A stretch of 60,965 bases of DNA, counting the filler, from Platydemus manokwari (lineage: Eukaryota), in NCBI GenBank assembly GCA_037951405.1. It is 5 parts of 5 records of this genome, joined end to end, with 100 filler letters (N's around TTAATTAATTAA, not from the genome) between each part and the next. Parts side by side here need not be neighbours in the genome. Positions count along the whole stretch, not along the records: positions 22,146 to 33,423 come from JBBMOY010798869.1; positions 33,524 to 49,707 come from JBBMOY011203654.1; 3 more parts are not named here. The stretch is one strand, 5' to 3'. The notes beneath the pieces were generated by a model. That model saw only the letters and a list, made by a program, of their open reading frames with translations, searched no databases and was not told the DNA's origin. Positions 28,119 through 42,300 of the stretch are shown here, piece after piece (the stretch's first letter is position 1; each line of letters starts with the position of its first letter). The position numbers were made by a program, and so were the translations under genes.

Positions 28119-28349
28119 CGTGCAAAAAGAATGATGTAGAATAATAAAGGAATTATATTTAATAAATGAAACGACCAATCGGAATTAAGCACACACACAC
28201 TAATATATCAAACACACAATCAACGTGTTTTTTTAGAAGCATTGATTTCATTTTTGCACTAATCCGGATTTGAAAGAAAATCCAAATAAAAATCTGATTC
28301 GGGCTTTTTGTTTTCAAATATTTTTACACAAAATTTTCAATTGAACTTA

Positions 28350-29634
28350 ATGAAAATTCAGTAAAAATCGTTGTTCAGAATTCGAATTGAAAAGTGACAT
28401 TTTAGTCGGTGAAAGTGGTTTGGTGATAAAGATTCTTTATAGATTTGAAATTGTCCAAGCCGAAATTTCGTCTAGCACAAATAAATGGATAAATTGTGAT
28501 CACAACGAAGAAGTCGAAGTTGTTTCGTTTTCTACACCACTAAACAGGTATGGATTTAATAAAAGATAAACTCCTTTGTGAAAAGTTGACTCCTAAGAAT
28601 GGTGATTCTCTCTTGTCGATGTATGCATTTATGTGTGTCTAGAAAATAGCCAATAGTATGTCAAATGGAAACACTCAAAGTTTATTATAAGATAATGATA
28701 TCTAATGATTAATTTATTCGGAATTTGAAGTTTTAAGATGGATTTTTAAAATTGTAAAATATTTATAATTAAAATGGTACAAGAATTTTTAAACGAAGAA
28801 ACAAAATAATTCAATTTTTAACCAAATGATTTTTTGGTCATTCAATATATGTGCTCATCATTTATCAAGAAAGGTCCCAATAATTAATTCACATGATTTT
28901 TAAAAATACCTACAAAATTGACGAATCATATATTGTATCACTCGAATATATAAATCAATTCTACACCGTGTTATCAATGAAATCATCTTATATCGTTCAG
29001 TTCGTTTAATATAAGTGTAAAATAATCATCCAATTTAATACATTTCTCTTGATATGTTATCGACAATCAAAATTATCTAAACTGTGATTTACTGATGATG
29101 GTGAATGGAAAAGATTAAAATCTTAGTCACAAATAAAATTAAAATCTAGTAGATAACTGGCTGATGTGAAATACGCATGACAATGTAAGTATTATACATA
29201 AAAATACTGTTCAATCTGTATTGGCGATACTTATCAGAGATAACCAAGATATATTATGACATTGGATTAACAATATTTCGAGTTACTATATTTCCAAAGC
29301 ATTGGCATTCTGGCTGGTGTATTCATCCTTTAAGATACTTTAACAACATAATATAAATAATGGTTTTGCCAATAATAAAATCATAATAACAATAATTTTT
29401 TCTATCTTCTTTTGGTTATAGGAATTTTTTGAGAAAAAACTGGAAATCAGTATCCGATGAAGAACTTTCCCAACCCAAAAATTATGATTGCATATCTGCG
29501 TATGATCGCATATATAGGCGTAACCCAGTTTGTAGAAAGATTTATTCTTAATAAGAAAAAGAAAATTTCCCAGCTGAGAACTTCATTGATCGTGACAGTA
29601 GTTATTTGAATTTTGTTGGGCTTTGAGATTCTTT
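28350..29634 (+). pseudogene. Candidate small spliced gene or pseudogene divergent from the tetraspanin; weak CFAP90/C5orf49 resemblance
   Basis: Exons 28350-28360, 28443-28547 and 29422-about 29520 splice in frame (MKIQFEIV...PLNRNFLRKNW...DCISAYDRIYRR); the downstream frame ENFIDRDSSYLNFVGL hits a stop. Confidence 0.3.
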
Positions 29635-32600
29635 CCGCTGAGATGTATAAAGAAAATCGTTGCATGTAACTGATTCTATTCATACCAATTCTTATAGGAC
29701 TTAATCCGTGTTCCATTGTAGACGCCGTCGCTTTATGAAATAATCCTTAATCTGGTACGAACACGGTACAATACAAGACGCGTATACTCAATGTCGTTAA
29801 TGTGGGATTTGTGTCACAGAAAATAATCTCAGTCCTGTTAGGAAAAATTTATTTTGTTATACAAAATGGTTTAACATTTGGACAATAAAATCTATATTAT
29901 TATTAATTTTTACTTGAACACATATTTTATAATTTCCAGTGATTATCGTATATTCGTTATGTTTTATAGAAGAATCATTGACAATAATTTATCAAAATAA
30001 TGGGAAATATTCTGTCTATCCTGGAATAGAGTTCATCAATTTTCTTACCCATTTCCCATACCTCAAGAAAATACTCACACCTAACCGTAAGCATATCACC
30101 AAATAATTTCCACGAGTCTGGTTTTATACAGTTAATTCTTCAAAAGGATAACAGCTTTCTAAAATGCTATTAGAATTGTTACTAATTCTGAATCGTTAAA
30201 GTTATAAGTGTAAAATAACAGTCAGTAGAAATTTATTGAGATTTAAATAATACAATCCAATTTAATTTTGAGTTGATATTTTGAAGGCATCCGATTGACT
30301 GCTGGTGCAATGTATGGGGATTAAACTTTTTGAATAGATATTTTGATATTACTTAATTATTTATATTTTTTTAAATTAGTTTGTAAGTAATATGTTCGAA
30401 GTAATTTAAAAAACAATATACTTTATAGATTAGCAACTGACTTCAGATCCTCTTTTAATTCGAACACTTTGAATAAATGCTAGTGAGTGCTGAAATTTAA
30501 ATTTGAACAAAAGCGAAAATTGCTACTTGTTTTATAATAAAAAATTTAGTCTTATTTTTATATATTTTTGTTGACTGGGAATATGGGTTTCATTTCTATC
30601 AAGATTTATCAATGCTACAGTAACATAGGTATTGGTTTTAAAAAAATTAACATCAGTTATCCTGTGGTTCCTTTCAACTCAATTGGTGAATTCGAAAATT
30701 TCTACCTTTAGTGAAATTCAGCTATCAAGCATATTAAAGGAAAAATAACGTAATTTAGATAAATAGTTAGACTGAGATTTAGATCTAGACCAAATTAAGC
30801 TCCACACTCTTAAATTCTATAAATTTTGGAACCCTATAATTACCAATAAGAAATTCTATATCGAATTAAGCATTACTTAATCAAAAACCTAAATAGATTC
30901 AAATCTTTTTTAAGGATATGGACAATATTCTTATATTAAGAACCGCTTTTTAATATTTAGAGATTGCCTAAAAATAGAATAAGAGATAGAAGTAGTAAAC
31001 AAAACAGAATAAACTAATTAAAAATTATAATAAAAATTAGCAATGTAAAATAGGTAATATAAATAATACCAAGAAAATAACATTACACACATTACAATAT
31101 GACTTGTCGACAAAGGATTAATTTTGAAATGATTAATTGTCTATTCCAAAATTTATTTTGAAGTATATTTTCAATCAATAATTTACTTTGAAGAATAGTT
31201 ACAAATCAACATTTTGCTACTCGTAAGAAGTATTGTAAATATCGATCTGAAAATACAACAAAATTCTAGAAGAGTTGGTTTACGTCAATCATGGTGTGTT
31301 CTATTCAATTTGATTGTATTAGCAACAAGTAATTTTTAACTCTAAACTTTACCATTATGATGCAATTTGACTTTAAAATTATTTTGCTTTTTTGTAGCAA
31401 TCATGATTAATTTAAATATCTTGGACCCAGTTCAACTATTTTTTAAAAATAAAGTTTTTAAGTTACCAGAGTAAAATATTAAGGCTCAACCATCAGTAAA
31501 CTATTTAGCAAAGATAGCTCCTACGACGCCAGCACAAGAGAATTAATTTGGAATTGTACAACCAAAAGAACAATAATTTATCAAATAATATCCTGTGGTT
31601 ATTGTATCGTAAAAGAACTGTAGCTATTTGTTGAGCATATCTCCATGTAGAGTCCGATGGTAGACCATAACTATCGTTGATTCCGGAGTGATCGATGCTG
31701 GGAAGAGTGAATAGTATACTCCAGGACCCGAAAGACAAACTACATCAAATGGTCCTGCTGTTCAGCCAATCGGATTCTCAACAATCTGGCCTAGGCGCCT
31801 GCGGACGTATAATGCAGATCAGTCAAATTGAGGAAATGACTGTCTATTAAGAAACATTTTTATGATTAGAAAACAATTTTGATCTTTCATGTGTTTGGCT
31901 GTCTGTATTCATCTTTTATGTGTATATTATTATAGATATATTACTTCTTATCAGTTGTGATAGTAATTATATTTTATTGATTTATTTTGCATTTATTTCA
32001 TCATTGAAGCCAGATTAATTGTGAAAATATATTAATTATAAATATATTAAATTTTACTTATTTTCAAGCTATTCTGATATCTCTTATCAAAACATTTTAG
32101 AATAAATCTTAAATCTAATATATGTTGAAAAACTAATTATTGTTTTTAACAAGGTAAAAATGAATATTCAAATTAATGTTCAAATTATTTTAAATGAATT
32201 TTAATTAAAACATATTTGTATTTATATTTATTACAATTCAAATTCTGATGAGGATGGTCATTATTATATATTAATATGAGAACAATATAACATCTATTTA
32301 AGGATAACAGACAAAAAGTATTGAACAAAACAACAATTGATCATTCGGCAAGAGTTGGTAGGGAATGTTGACATCCTTGAATTAAGCATGGGGATGCTTG
32401 GATTAAAAATTAAAATGATAATTGAATGCTTTTAATGCTTCCTTCTATAATATTGAAGTTTCTACTTTCATAGACCAGTGAATTAATTGTTTATCAATTT
32501 ATCAAAAATCCCACTCTGGAAAGCCATCAAACCTCGAAAAACGTTTCATCGAGTTAAATCTCCAATCTCATTTCATAATCGAATCTGAAAATTAGCAAAT

Positions 32601-33346
32601 ATCTAAGCACTTCAATCACCAAAAGTTAGTTCGTGATAAATCCTTGAAACAATTAAGCCGAATAGTCTTTGCGTCTATCAATTTTCCACGTATTCAAATC
32701 CTACAAACCAATTAAAAATTGGCAACAGTACCTATGTCATTGTTTGTGACAAAGATTCTTATGCTTTGAATGATTTATGCTTTTATCAAAATGTTTATTT
32801 TTAGTTGTGCAGATAGGCACAATAAAGTGCTGACTATTTTCATCGGTAGAGATTAAAGTAGTTATTGGTATGAAAACATTTGTTGAAATAAAAGTTGAAA
32901 TATCATTTTAAAACCAAAGTTTTCTTAAATCCTGAAAGTGTTGGGAACCAAAATATTAAAATAAATATAATCTAATTAATAAAATAAATATAAAATGCTA
33001 CTGCCCAAGTACTCCCACACCAGCCCACATCATTGGAATAATAATTAAAATTATGATACATCACCATGGCAACAAATTCGAATCACAAAAATCCCAATAA
33101 AATTAATCATCAAATCCCACGCACACCCACATTAAAAATTCTATAAAATAGTGGGAGACGTAGGTGATTGGACACAAATTTTTGTCTCAATAAATCATTC
33201 AGCATTAATTGGAATTGAAAATTTCTGTCAACTTCTCACTTGTAGTGGATATTATTTCGCAAATTTACATTCATCCGTATATATCAATCGTAATCGTTCC
33301 AATCCTCAACTACATTCGTTAATTGAGATAATCAGTGGTATACTGG

Positions 33347-33423
33347 TGTTACGTTCGGGCCTTATTGATTTTATTGTTTTAATAAGCTTAATCCTATTGA
33401 ATATCACTACTGTCTTAATCAGT
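33347..33423 (-). mobile_element. LTR terminus of the same family as the element at 60449 (3' or solo LTR, cut by gap)
   Basis: TGTTACGTTCGGGCCTTATTGATTTTATT...AATCCTATT...CTGTCTTAAT closely matches 60449 onward, same orientation; no adjacent PBS. Confidence 0.8.
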
Positions 33424-33523
33424 NNNNNNNNNNNNNNNNNNNNNNNNNNNNNNNNNNNNNNNNNNNNTTAATTAATTAANNNNNNNNNNNNNNNNNNNNN
33501 NNNNNNNNNNNNNNNNNNNNNNN
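33424..33523. other. Unsized assembly gap with TTAATTAATTAA linker
   Basis: 100-nt N run with central linker. Confidence 0.95.
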
Positions 33524-33582
<59 letters not shown>

Positions 33583-33605
33583 TATAATAATAATAATAAT
33601 GATTA
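33524..33605. repeat. (AAT)n microsatellite
   Basis: Near-perfect ATA/AAT run abutting the gap. Confidence 0.95.
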
Positions 33606-35002
33606 TAAAATAATTTTTAACCAATCGAACACATTATAAACACATTATCGATTTAAAATTTTATTTTGCGTATTTTTTTTAAATAATTATTTGTTATTAA
33701 ATTAATTATTTATGTATTTATTATTAAATTATAATTTATTTATTCTAATATCCCAACTACAATAATTGATAGATTATAATCAATCCAGCCACAATTACAC
33801 ACGAATTTCTCGTTTCTGCCATTCTCACCTCGCCTTCACATTCAATTTTAACCCATTAGTTTGTTTATCACCAATTATTATTATCAATCACATATATCGA
33901 TCAGAGCACTGAAATCTATAATTTTTCACTTCATTAAAACAAGACCGATTTATATCTCTTGACAACGGTATTTTCAATATTTTCTGATTCTTTATCAAGT
34001 CTGTTTCAATGATATCAAGATGAAACACATCTTTTGGAATATTTCAGATACATAGAGGCTCATTTATAAATTAGGTCTGTTTAAATGTCACTTATCGACT
34101 ACATGCAAACATAGACAAACCCTATTTTGAAATGATAATGAAAACATCGTGGATGGATCAATATTATTTCGAGAAAATATTGAAAAAATTGCCTCACACG
34201 TATCTATTTGTTATTCAGTCGGAATGACCGTATGGGGATAAAATTGACTTCATTCTACACAGAAGCATTCAACTTCTCACTTTCTACTGCATAAATTATC
34301 AGAAATATCTTCTGAACATCAAACACCACTTGTTATTTTAGCAGCAATTATCACAGATGCCACTCGATCGATTTAGCGGTACCGGAAATTGAAAGGAAAT
34401 TTTCAAAATATAGTGTCGAACTTTATCAAAATGAGATATTTTTCAATTAACCAGCAAATCAAATAGAATTTTATTCTATTCAGACTGGCCATTGTTCTCC
34501 AGTTTCCTCCTGATGCAATGAACCACTAAAATTATAATTGATCCATATCCAATACTCGCATTCATCTGAAGGTCTGTCGGATAAGAATGAATTTATCTCA
34601 GATTCTCATCGATTTATTCAGCGTAAATGAGTGTCTGTGATTATTTATGGAAGTATTGCACGGTTATATTGGTTGATGAATAGCACTGCCCAATATTGAC
34701 CTTCATATTATTGATATTCCCCATGACTGCCCGTGGAGATGACAGGCCTTTTATTACGAATAATGGACTCCAGCAGAATCAACAATTGGTCTCCAGAGAA
34801 TAGATATTTTCATATAGAAACAGAGACATGGAAAAGAATATTGAATAAATGCCTATATTCTTAATGGGGGTACAAAATACCCCCTTCATATAATTTTATC
34901 ATTAACATTAATATTTTGTTTTAAATTTGTTATCACTTTCAATAGTCTCCTTTTCAGCAAATGCTTATAAAACCTAAGGAGAGCAACGATATATGAACTT
35001 AC

Positions 35003-35876
35003 TTCTTTCAAAACTTTTGTTTCTGCTTGTGACATATCCAACCTGGGCATGAGTAATTGATCTTCTCCAGTTTGAATAAAATTCCGATCAACATGATCAT
35101 CAATTGATGGACCCCATATCACCCGATATCTGATGTTTTGAGGACCAATTGTATTTCTTCTATCACGAGAAATATAATCCCAAAAAACGAGAAATGATTC
35201 TGGATTCTTCTGAGATCGCTGAAACAGTAGTTTATTCGGTGGCTCCAAAGTCGGACTGGCTGTAAAAGAGAAATTAAATCAAATCGTTTCTAAATTTATC
35301 TCGTACCTCTGTTGAGACATCTGAGGTTGGTCGACTCATATTGGGGTTGAGAGAGCAATTTCAAACAAGAAGGTGTACAGAAACAAGAACTCAATAAATG
35401 TTGGTCCTCTTCGAGATTGACTTGCTTCTTGATCCACCTATTCAATGGCCGTATTCTCAAGGGTTGCACTTGAATTGTGTATCGGCAGCTGAATTGTAAT
35501 GGTCCAAGAGTAGCATTCGGTAATGCTGCTGTAATACTTCTTTCTCTGTAGATGTCTGTGATTCCAGTTGAAGTGGGTTGAGGATGGTTGATGATGATGG
35601 GTGATGATTCGGTATCAATGCAAACGTTGGGAGCATAAGAAACTTTGTATACCAATTGATCTTTAGCTAAACATTGACAGTCAAATCAAATGAATAACTA
35701 AGCTATCGATTAAACTCACAACTCGAAATAAACAAATCCACTTTCAACGAGTTTTTATGAAAGTATGGAATACCGAATTTCAATCCAGAATCTTGTGGGC
35801 CCTCAGGACAAGCACACTGGTCATTGGTTGATGATGTATCTAAGTTAAAAGTACTACAGATCGCAAAAAGCCCTGG
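35003..35876 (-). CDS. Anosmin-1/KAL1-like fibronectin type III protein, internal exons
   Basis: Exons 35876-35720, 35666-35307, 35259-35003 splice in frame. Motifs FGIPYFHKNSLKV, LGPLQFSCRYTIQVQP, CFCTPSC and YRVIWGP parallel anosmin GAPFYQDGQLQV, LQDLSFSCKYKVTVQP and FFTTPPC. 5' (WAP) and 3' exons not located. Confidence 0.78.
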
Positions 35877-36344
35877 CTAATAATTTATTATTTAATCGTG
35901 TCAACTGACTGTACTATATGAGAGATCTCTAATTAATATAAAAGTGTTAACCAAGTTTTGAAACTGTAAAAGCATAAAGCTTGACGTCAATTACAACAAT
36001 GATTTACAACTGATACAAGAAATCCCATGATTAACCGTCGTCGTGAACATGAGAAATTATATAAGCTAATATTTTATGACAATACCGACCGACAAATTCA
36101 TTCACCTTATCAGATTGATAGCATCCATGCCATCAGGAGAGAACCATAACAGGAAATGCAGCATCAGCGATATCAATCAACATGAGTCTGTTAACAATTA
36201 TTTCGTTCAACCGACGAGTTTCGTTATAAAATGTGTGATGTACTGCCAATGATGGATTAGCTTAGATAAGATGAGATTCTCAATTGATATATTTTATTTA
36301 TTACCACAAAAATAAGATTATCATGAAAAATATCAATAAATATG

Positions 36345-36533
36345 NNNNNNNNNNNNNNNNNNNNNNNNNNNNNNNNNNNNNNNNNNNNNNNNNNNNNNNN
36401 NNNNNNNNNNNNNNNNNNNNNNNNNNNNNNNNNNNNNNNNNNNNNNNNNNNNNNNNNNNNNNNNNNNNNNNNNNNNNNNNNNNNNNNNNNNNNNNNNNNN
36501 NNNNNNNNNNNNNNNNNNNNNNNNNNNNNNNNN
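36345..36533. other. Assembly gap
   Basis: N run without linker. Confidence 0.95.
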
Positions 36534-39382
36534 AAAGCCAGGTTACTCATTATAAAACGTAATTCATGTGTACAAAATTAATTGCCTTAATAAATTAGAA
36601 GAAAGAATTTTGTATTACATCTACCTTTTAAAATTTACTTACAAGAACAATCCATGTATAAAAGTATTATTTGAAGTGAAACAATCAAGACAAGATATTA
36701 TCAATAATTAAAATTTTTTTAAGAATTTAATTCTAATTTATTTTAATTTGATTTCTAGATCTTGATTTTGGGAATTGATCAAGTTTTGTAAATCTATTAT
36801 AAAGTGATTAACTTTGTCAAACAAATTCAACTAATAAAATATTTCAAAGTCGAAGTCACGAAAATTGAAAGATTCAAATGGCTTATATATAAAATTAAAA
36901 GGTTTTTCTTAATATATAAAATTTTAACAGTAGATTTTAAATTAATTTGTGATGATGATTTCTGAAATAAAATTTTTATAAAATTTGATGTATTTATTTC
37001 TCAACCATTTTGGGTTAGAAAAATCGTTAATTTAATACATTTTTAAAACAATTAGTAAAGTGTGAGGTATCATGACCCAAATTTGGCGTAAATAATACTC
37101 GAAAATTCAACATCAATAAATCTGCTATATCATATCTGACATCCATGATAGTTTTGGGAAAACAATGGCAGTTTAATGAAACCATGAGTTTAAAGCATCT
37201 TTAAATATGCTAATAATTGAATTGGCCTTACTCTGACTTTGCAAACATGTCAACTGTTGAAGTCTCATTAATTTGGAAAATCCGAATTCAAATGATGTTC
37301 ATCAATATTATTGATCTATAATATTGATTTCATTTCTAACGTATATCGTTAAATAAGGTTAATATTAAAAACAAATTAAGGACATTGAACATCGACAAAA
37401 TAAGCACAGTTAGAATATTCTGAGGCATTTTATTTGCAAACCTGTGATACGTGCATTAGTTATAATTAAAATTCGGCTAGGGAAATGTGTGAAATTGTAG
37501 TCAAAGAAAATTAAAATGTAATGATACGAAGTAACGGTAAAATATTTGAGAAATCGAGTAAATATTAGCGGTGTTTGACAATATAACTATGCAAAAAATT
37601 GAAATTATGAATTCCTACCATTATATATAATCGTCCTACAAGAAAACAGCAAGAGCTAAAACGAAAGGAATAATTCTATCAGCAACGCGATAAAATTAAA
37701 ATTTATCCTTTGATAAATTTTTGTAATTCATAATGTCTTTGATAATCATAACCATTGTTTTCACCAGTGTCTTGAGCCCAGCCCAACCACTATTTAATTA
37801 AATCTTAATATATTCAAATCCTTGAACTCTTCTCTGTATAGTTGCCGGACTTTTAGGTCTCAACTATCTTCAAATCACATCGAAGACATTGTAGTTCTCC
37901 GCATAAGGAGTATCTAAATTTATACAAAACAACAATAGTTGCTAATTAACAAAAAATATAAGTAATTTTCCCTGGTTATTTGTCGCACTAATAGCTCTTG
38001 TATTTCACATTTGTAATTGTAATTTTGATTCAAATCAGTTATATATATTCTTACTTATTGTTTTTCTTTATTTTTAATTGAATTATTTGTCATTTTTAAC
38101 TGCGCCTTCGGAGTCAAGCATAAAATAATAGCTTACAGAACCTGCTGAATCAATCAAAATCAAACAGTAGCTTATACGAAGATGTTCACTCAAAATACAT
38201 TATATGACAAAAAATGAAAGAAAACGGAAAGCACATCACAATTGTAGTCTAAATAATTATTATAGCTTTTGTTTCTGGTATTAGAATTTTCATTTGTATA
38301 TTTGATTCGGATTTGATTGAAATTTGAATGGGATTGTATTAAGCAAATAAATAAGTCAAATAATTAAATAAATTTAAAAAGATTAAAACTAAATCAAGCT
38401 CAAGTAACATAAGCTCAAGTAAGATAACTTATGAGTGTGAACAACAACACAACACAATATTATATTTCATTTGAAAGCTAGAGAATATAAAACGTAAGAA
38501 ATACCTAATTTAAACAAATTCTGACATTGAATATTATAAAAAATCAGCACAAATCTTATTCCAAATTTTGATAATAACGCTCAATACTCTATCTTTTCGA
38601 TTGGCATAATTAATAGATAGTGTCTACTAATTTAGATGTGGTTACTGTTGGTCAATGTATTACTATAAAATACAATATAATAAATTAACAAATTTATTTA
38701 TAAAAATATCAACACCAACTTCATAATGATAATTGTTAACTTAAAATTGTACCGGTGAAATTATTTAGACACAATTATTAGAATATTTATCAGATTTACA
38801 ATAATTATTTAAAAATCACAATTTATTTCAGATATTTCTCATTTACCTTTTTAGTACCTTAGGCCGAGGGGCCTTATTATATTAGTGGTTTTAATATGCA
38901 TCATTTTAAGTGAAACTTCTTATCATTGAAATAGTTATAACATTTGCTTATCGAACCATTGACAAATCCAGCAAGTAGAGGAATAGATAGACCAGTTTCC
39001 TGTTATCAATATCGAATAAAATCTCGAGTATTCATAAATTCATCTGTTTCGAACTCAAAACTATTTCATTCAACTTCACTAGCACGTATCTCTGCGATAT
39101 CATTTTGGTTTCATACAACCATATTCTTCAATCATAAACAATTCAGTATATACTATTTTATTAAAAACCAAAAGTCATAATCGAAACATTTATTTTAATA
39201 AATCTTCATTATTTATAACATTTCTTTATAAATCTTTTAAATGGTTCCCAAAGTTTCTTTGATAATTCAATATTGGAAATCGTACAAAGATTTATTGGAC
39301 ATTTATTATTGTGCCTCAATAATATTGACAGCAAAAATAATGAACCTCACAACATATTTAAATCATCAATAACTGAAACAGT

Positions 39383-42300
39383 TCAAGCACAAGTAGCCAA
39401 TGTTGCTTGAGGAATAGGCGGTTTTCCAATCAGATTCAGATGTGAATTTTTAATCTCCATACAGTTGATGTCATGATTTGGCTCCATTTGAAATGGTGGA
39501 ATCGTAATGCTTTCACCATCTTCAATCGCATCTCGAACAGGTGATTCTATGCCATTATTAATTGGATGATTACACTGATTTAAGCATTGCGCACTATAAA
39601 ACTTTTCAACATTCGATTCTTCACTTTCAAAAATATTCTCATTTGATATACTCTCATAATCTGATATCAAACACACAACGTTCTCCATGCCATCGTTGAA
39701 TTCACTTTCTTCAAGGCCTTCTGCAATAAACCAATGTACAAATGCTCGTTTACGAAAAAGAAACTGAAATTTGTATGTATTCATAATGATTATATCAGTT
39801 ATTGATGAATTATTAGATAAAATTCCCAAGCTAATTGGTGAAATACCAACATCACCTGGATATATTATACTAGCTGGTTTATTACAAAATATCATTTTAA
39901 TTCCAGTCGGACACCAGTCGACGAATTTCATTTTTTGTAAAGATTTGATATTTTGAACAGCTTTATAAGCTTCAGCTGGGTTTACACTTCCTCGATAAAT
40001 CAGGCAACAAGCCATATAGAAACCTTCAGATTGTTTACAATTAACCAAATTTGATTCATAAAATAACCCATTCATTGTGACATCATCAACACTGTTACTG
40101 TTATATTTCATTGCACCGAGACCTGTTATATTAGATAGGCTACATATAGGAAAATGTATCCTAGGATAAGGAATTAAATTGTGGGATAGTTCCTTGAGAC
40201 TTGCTACAGCTCCCGGAAATCTGGTAGGAGCTGTAATGGAATTATACATCTGAGAAATTATTCGATTAATATTTATATATGATGGAGATTTCATATAAAG
40301 TTTTTCTTCGGATATTCTATACAGACTTCCATTATCAAACATAAGACTGATATCCATAGAGTCCATCGTATAGTGTTGAGATAAAATACTATTATAAGGC
40401 TCTAATATCCCATGTGATCGAATTTGTGAAGGGTATGTCAGTAAATCTAGCTTATCAAATTTCGAACAAGCTTCTAATTCTTCAACAAGTAATGAATGAA
40501 GTCCCGAACCAGTGCCACCACCAACCGAATGCCAAAACGTAATGGATGCTGGACTATCGCATTTCTCTAATAGATTGTGAATATTTTTCATGATGCTTTT
40601 CATAAGAAATCTTCCATCTCCAAAATATCCTCGGGGAAATATGCTTGACGTGTCTTCAATTGATGCTACGAAGCTGGTATCAGAGAACAGTATTTTGTAT
40701 GGGCCAGTTAGAACTTCATCTAAGTATTAAATTCATATTAAAATTCAATCGAAAAGCCTATATAAAGTTAATTTTAAAAATAATTAGACAATTAATGAAC
40801 ATATTACTTCACTTTTATCATACTTATTTTGAGAAATTTCAGTGATGTTAAATAAATATTGATATTAAATGAATCACCATCAATATATAGTTAATGCTAT
40901 ATATTATTTGATTATGAAGATAGAAATCTGGTACTGATATTAACAGATGTGATATTAACCTAGTATAATTTGATTGGGTTATCTATCAACAATTTAGATC
41001 TGAAAAAAGTATTAACTAAAATATTACAACGAAAGTTTTCTACAGCAACAGCAAATCCTTTCACAATTCACAAAGTAAATCACTCAAGACGGTATCAGCG
41101 GTTGAAATTCAAAAACAGAATGAAAAGTTATCAAAACGAGTGATTACTAAAAATCACGTAAATATAGGCTAAGCACTCAAGTTACCGATCAAAAAGACTG
41201 GCAGAAATCCATAGAAATCAACCTCTTTTGAGAATCTATGCGGTGTGTCTGCTTAATCTCGAAAATCCTCGTTTTCCATTTGCTGAATTTCTTAATGGAT
41301 CGACTTACTTGAGATTTTCCTTACATCGCAAGTGCCATTGACGAATATTTAGGCTTGCTGCCATTTGAAGATATGTGTCTGTCGATTCTTAGCTTCTAAA
41401 TATAGATTAAAAATAGAACGAATCTGATTGGTTGACGGCAAGTGCGTTTATTTAATCTGTGTGTATATACCTTTCTTAGGATTCTTGTGACCCTTTTGAT
41501 TGATTTGTGATATACCTGATAATTTGTACAATTATACTCTTGCATAAAATAAAGTCACAATCGTACAAGTAAAGTTCTACTTATAAAATGTTTCTCGATC
41601 AATAATTATGACCTTGTTATAATTTCTTTAAAGAGATCCATGACAAAACTCTCAGCATCAAACTCTTTATTTTAACATAAATTATTCAAAATTAAATTAC
41701 ATTTATATATAAACCACACAAATTAACTGGAATTGCATTTGTATTTGATTTATAATTTCGATTTATAAAAATCACAAAAAATAATTAGTGGAAATTATTT
41801 TCTAACTTATTTATTATCATCAAAGTAGTACTGAGCATTAAGTTCCGATCTTTCTATGATTTACAGTAAAACATCTTATGTAGATTTGTAGTCTATCTTA
41901 TTGTTTAATATTAAAGAACATTTTAATAAGTGGCCACGTTTCCATCAATTTACATTATAAAAATGATTGTCTAACGGATGTTTAGAAATACTAGGATAAT
42001 GTATTTTAAAATAAAATAATTTTAAGTTCTTTAATTTTATTGTTATATTGAATAAGAGATTCTAAGGAAACCGAAAATGTATTCATGATGTTACATTAAA
42101 TTATGATAAAGTTAGGGGTTTAGTAAAACAGAAACAATTTTAATCGACAATTTTGCTTAAATTTTGAATGATTCGTTAAATCATTGGTAGTACACTGGTA
42201 TTGCTTTACTTTTATTTTACCATTGTTCACTAATTTCATTGTCCTATTATCGATGATAACTCCCAGCTAATACATAATTTATATCAAATTGATAATTTTA

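Noticed and set aside
31500-31830. GC-richer island, possible integrase tail
   Set aside because: Stops in all frames examined and no diagnostic motif.
36257-36581. ORF-track entries spanning Ns
   Set aside because: Artefacts of the assembly gap.
38944-39180. Minus frame interrupted mostly by TGA, hinting at an alternative genetic code
   Set aside because: Also contains TAA; neighbouring genes use TGA as a normal stop.
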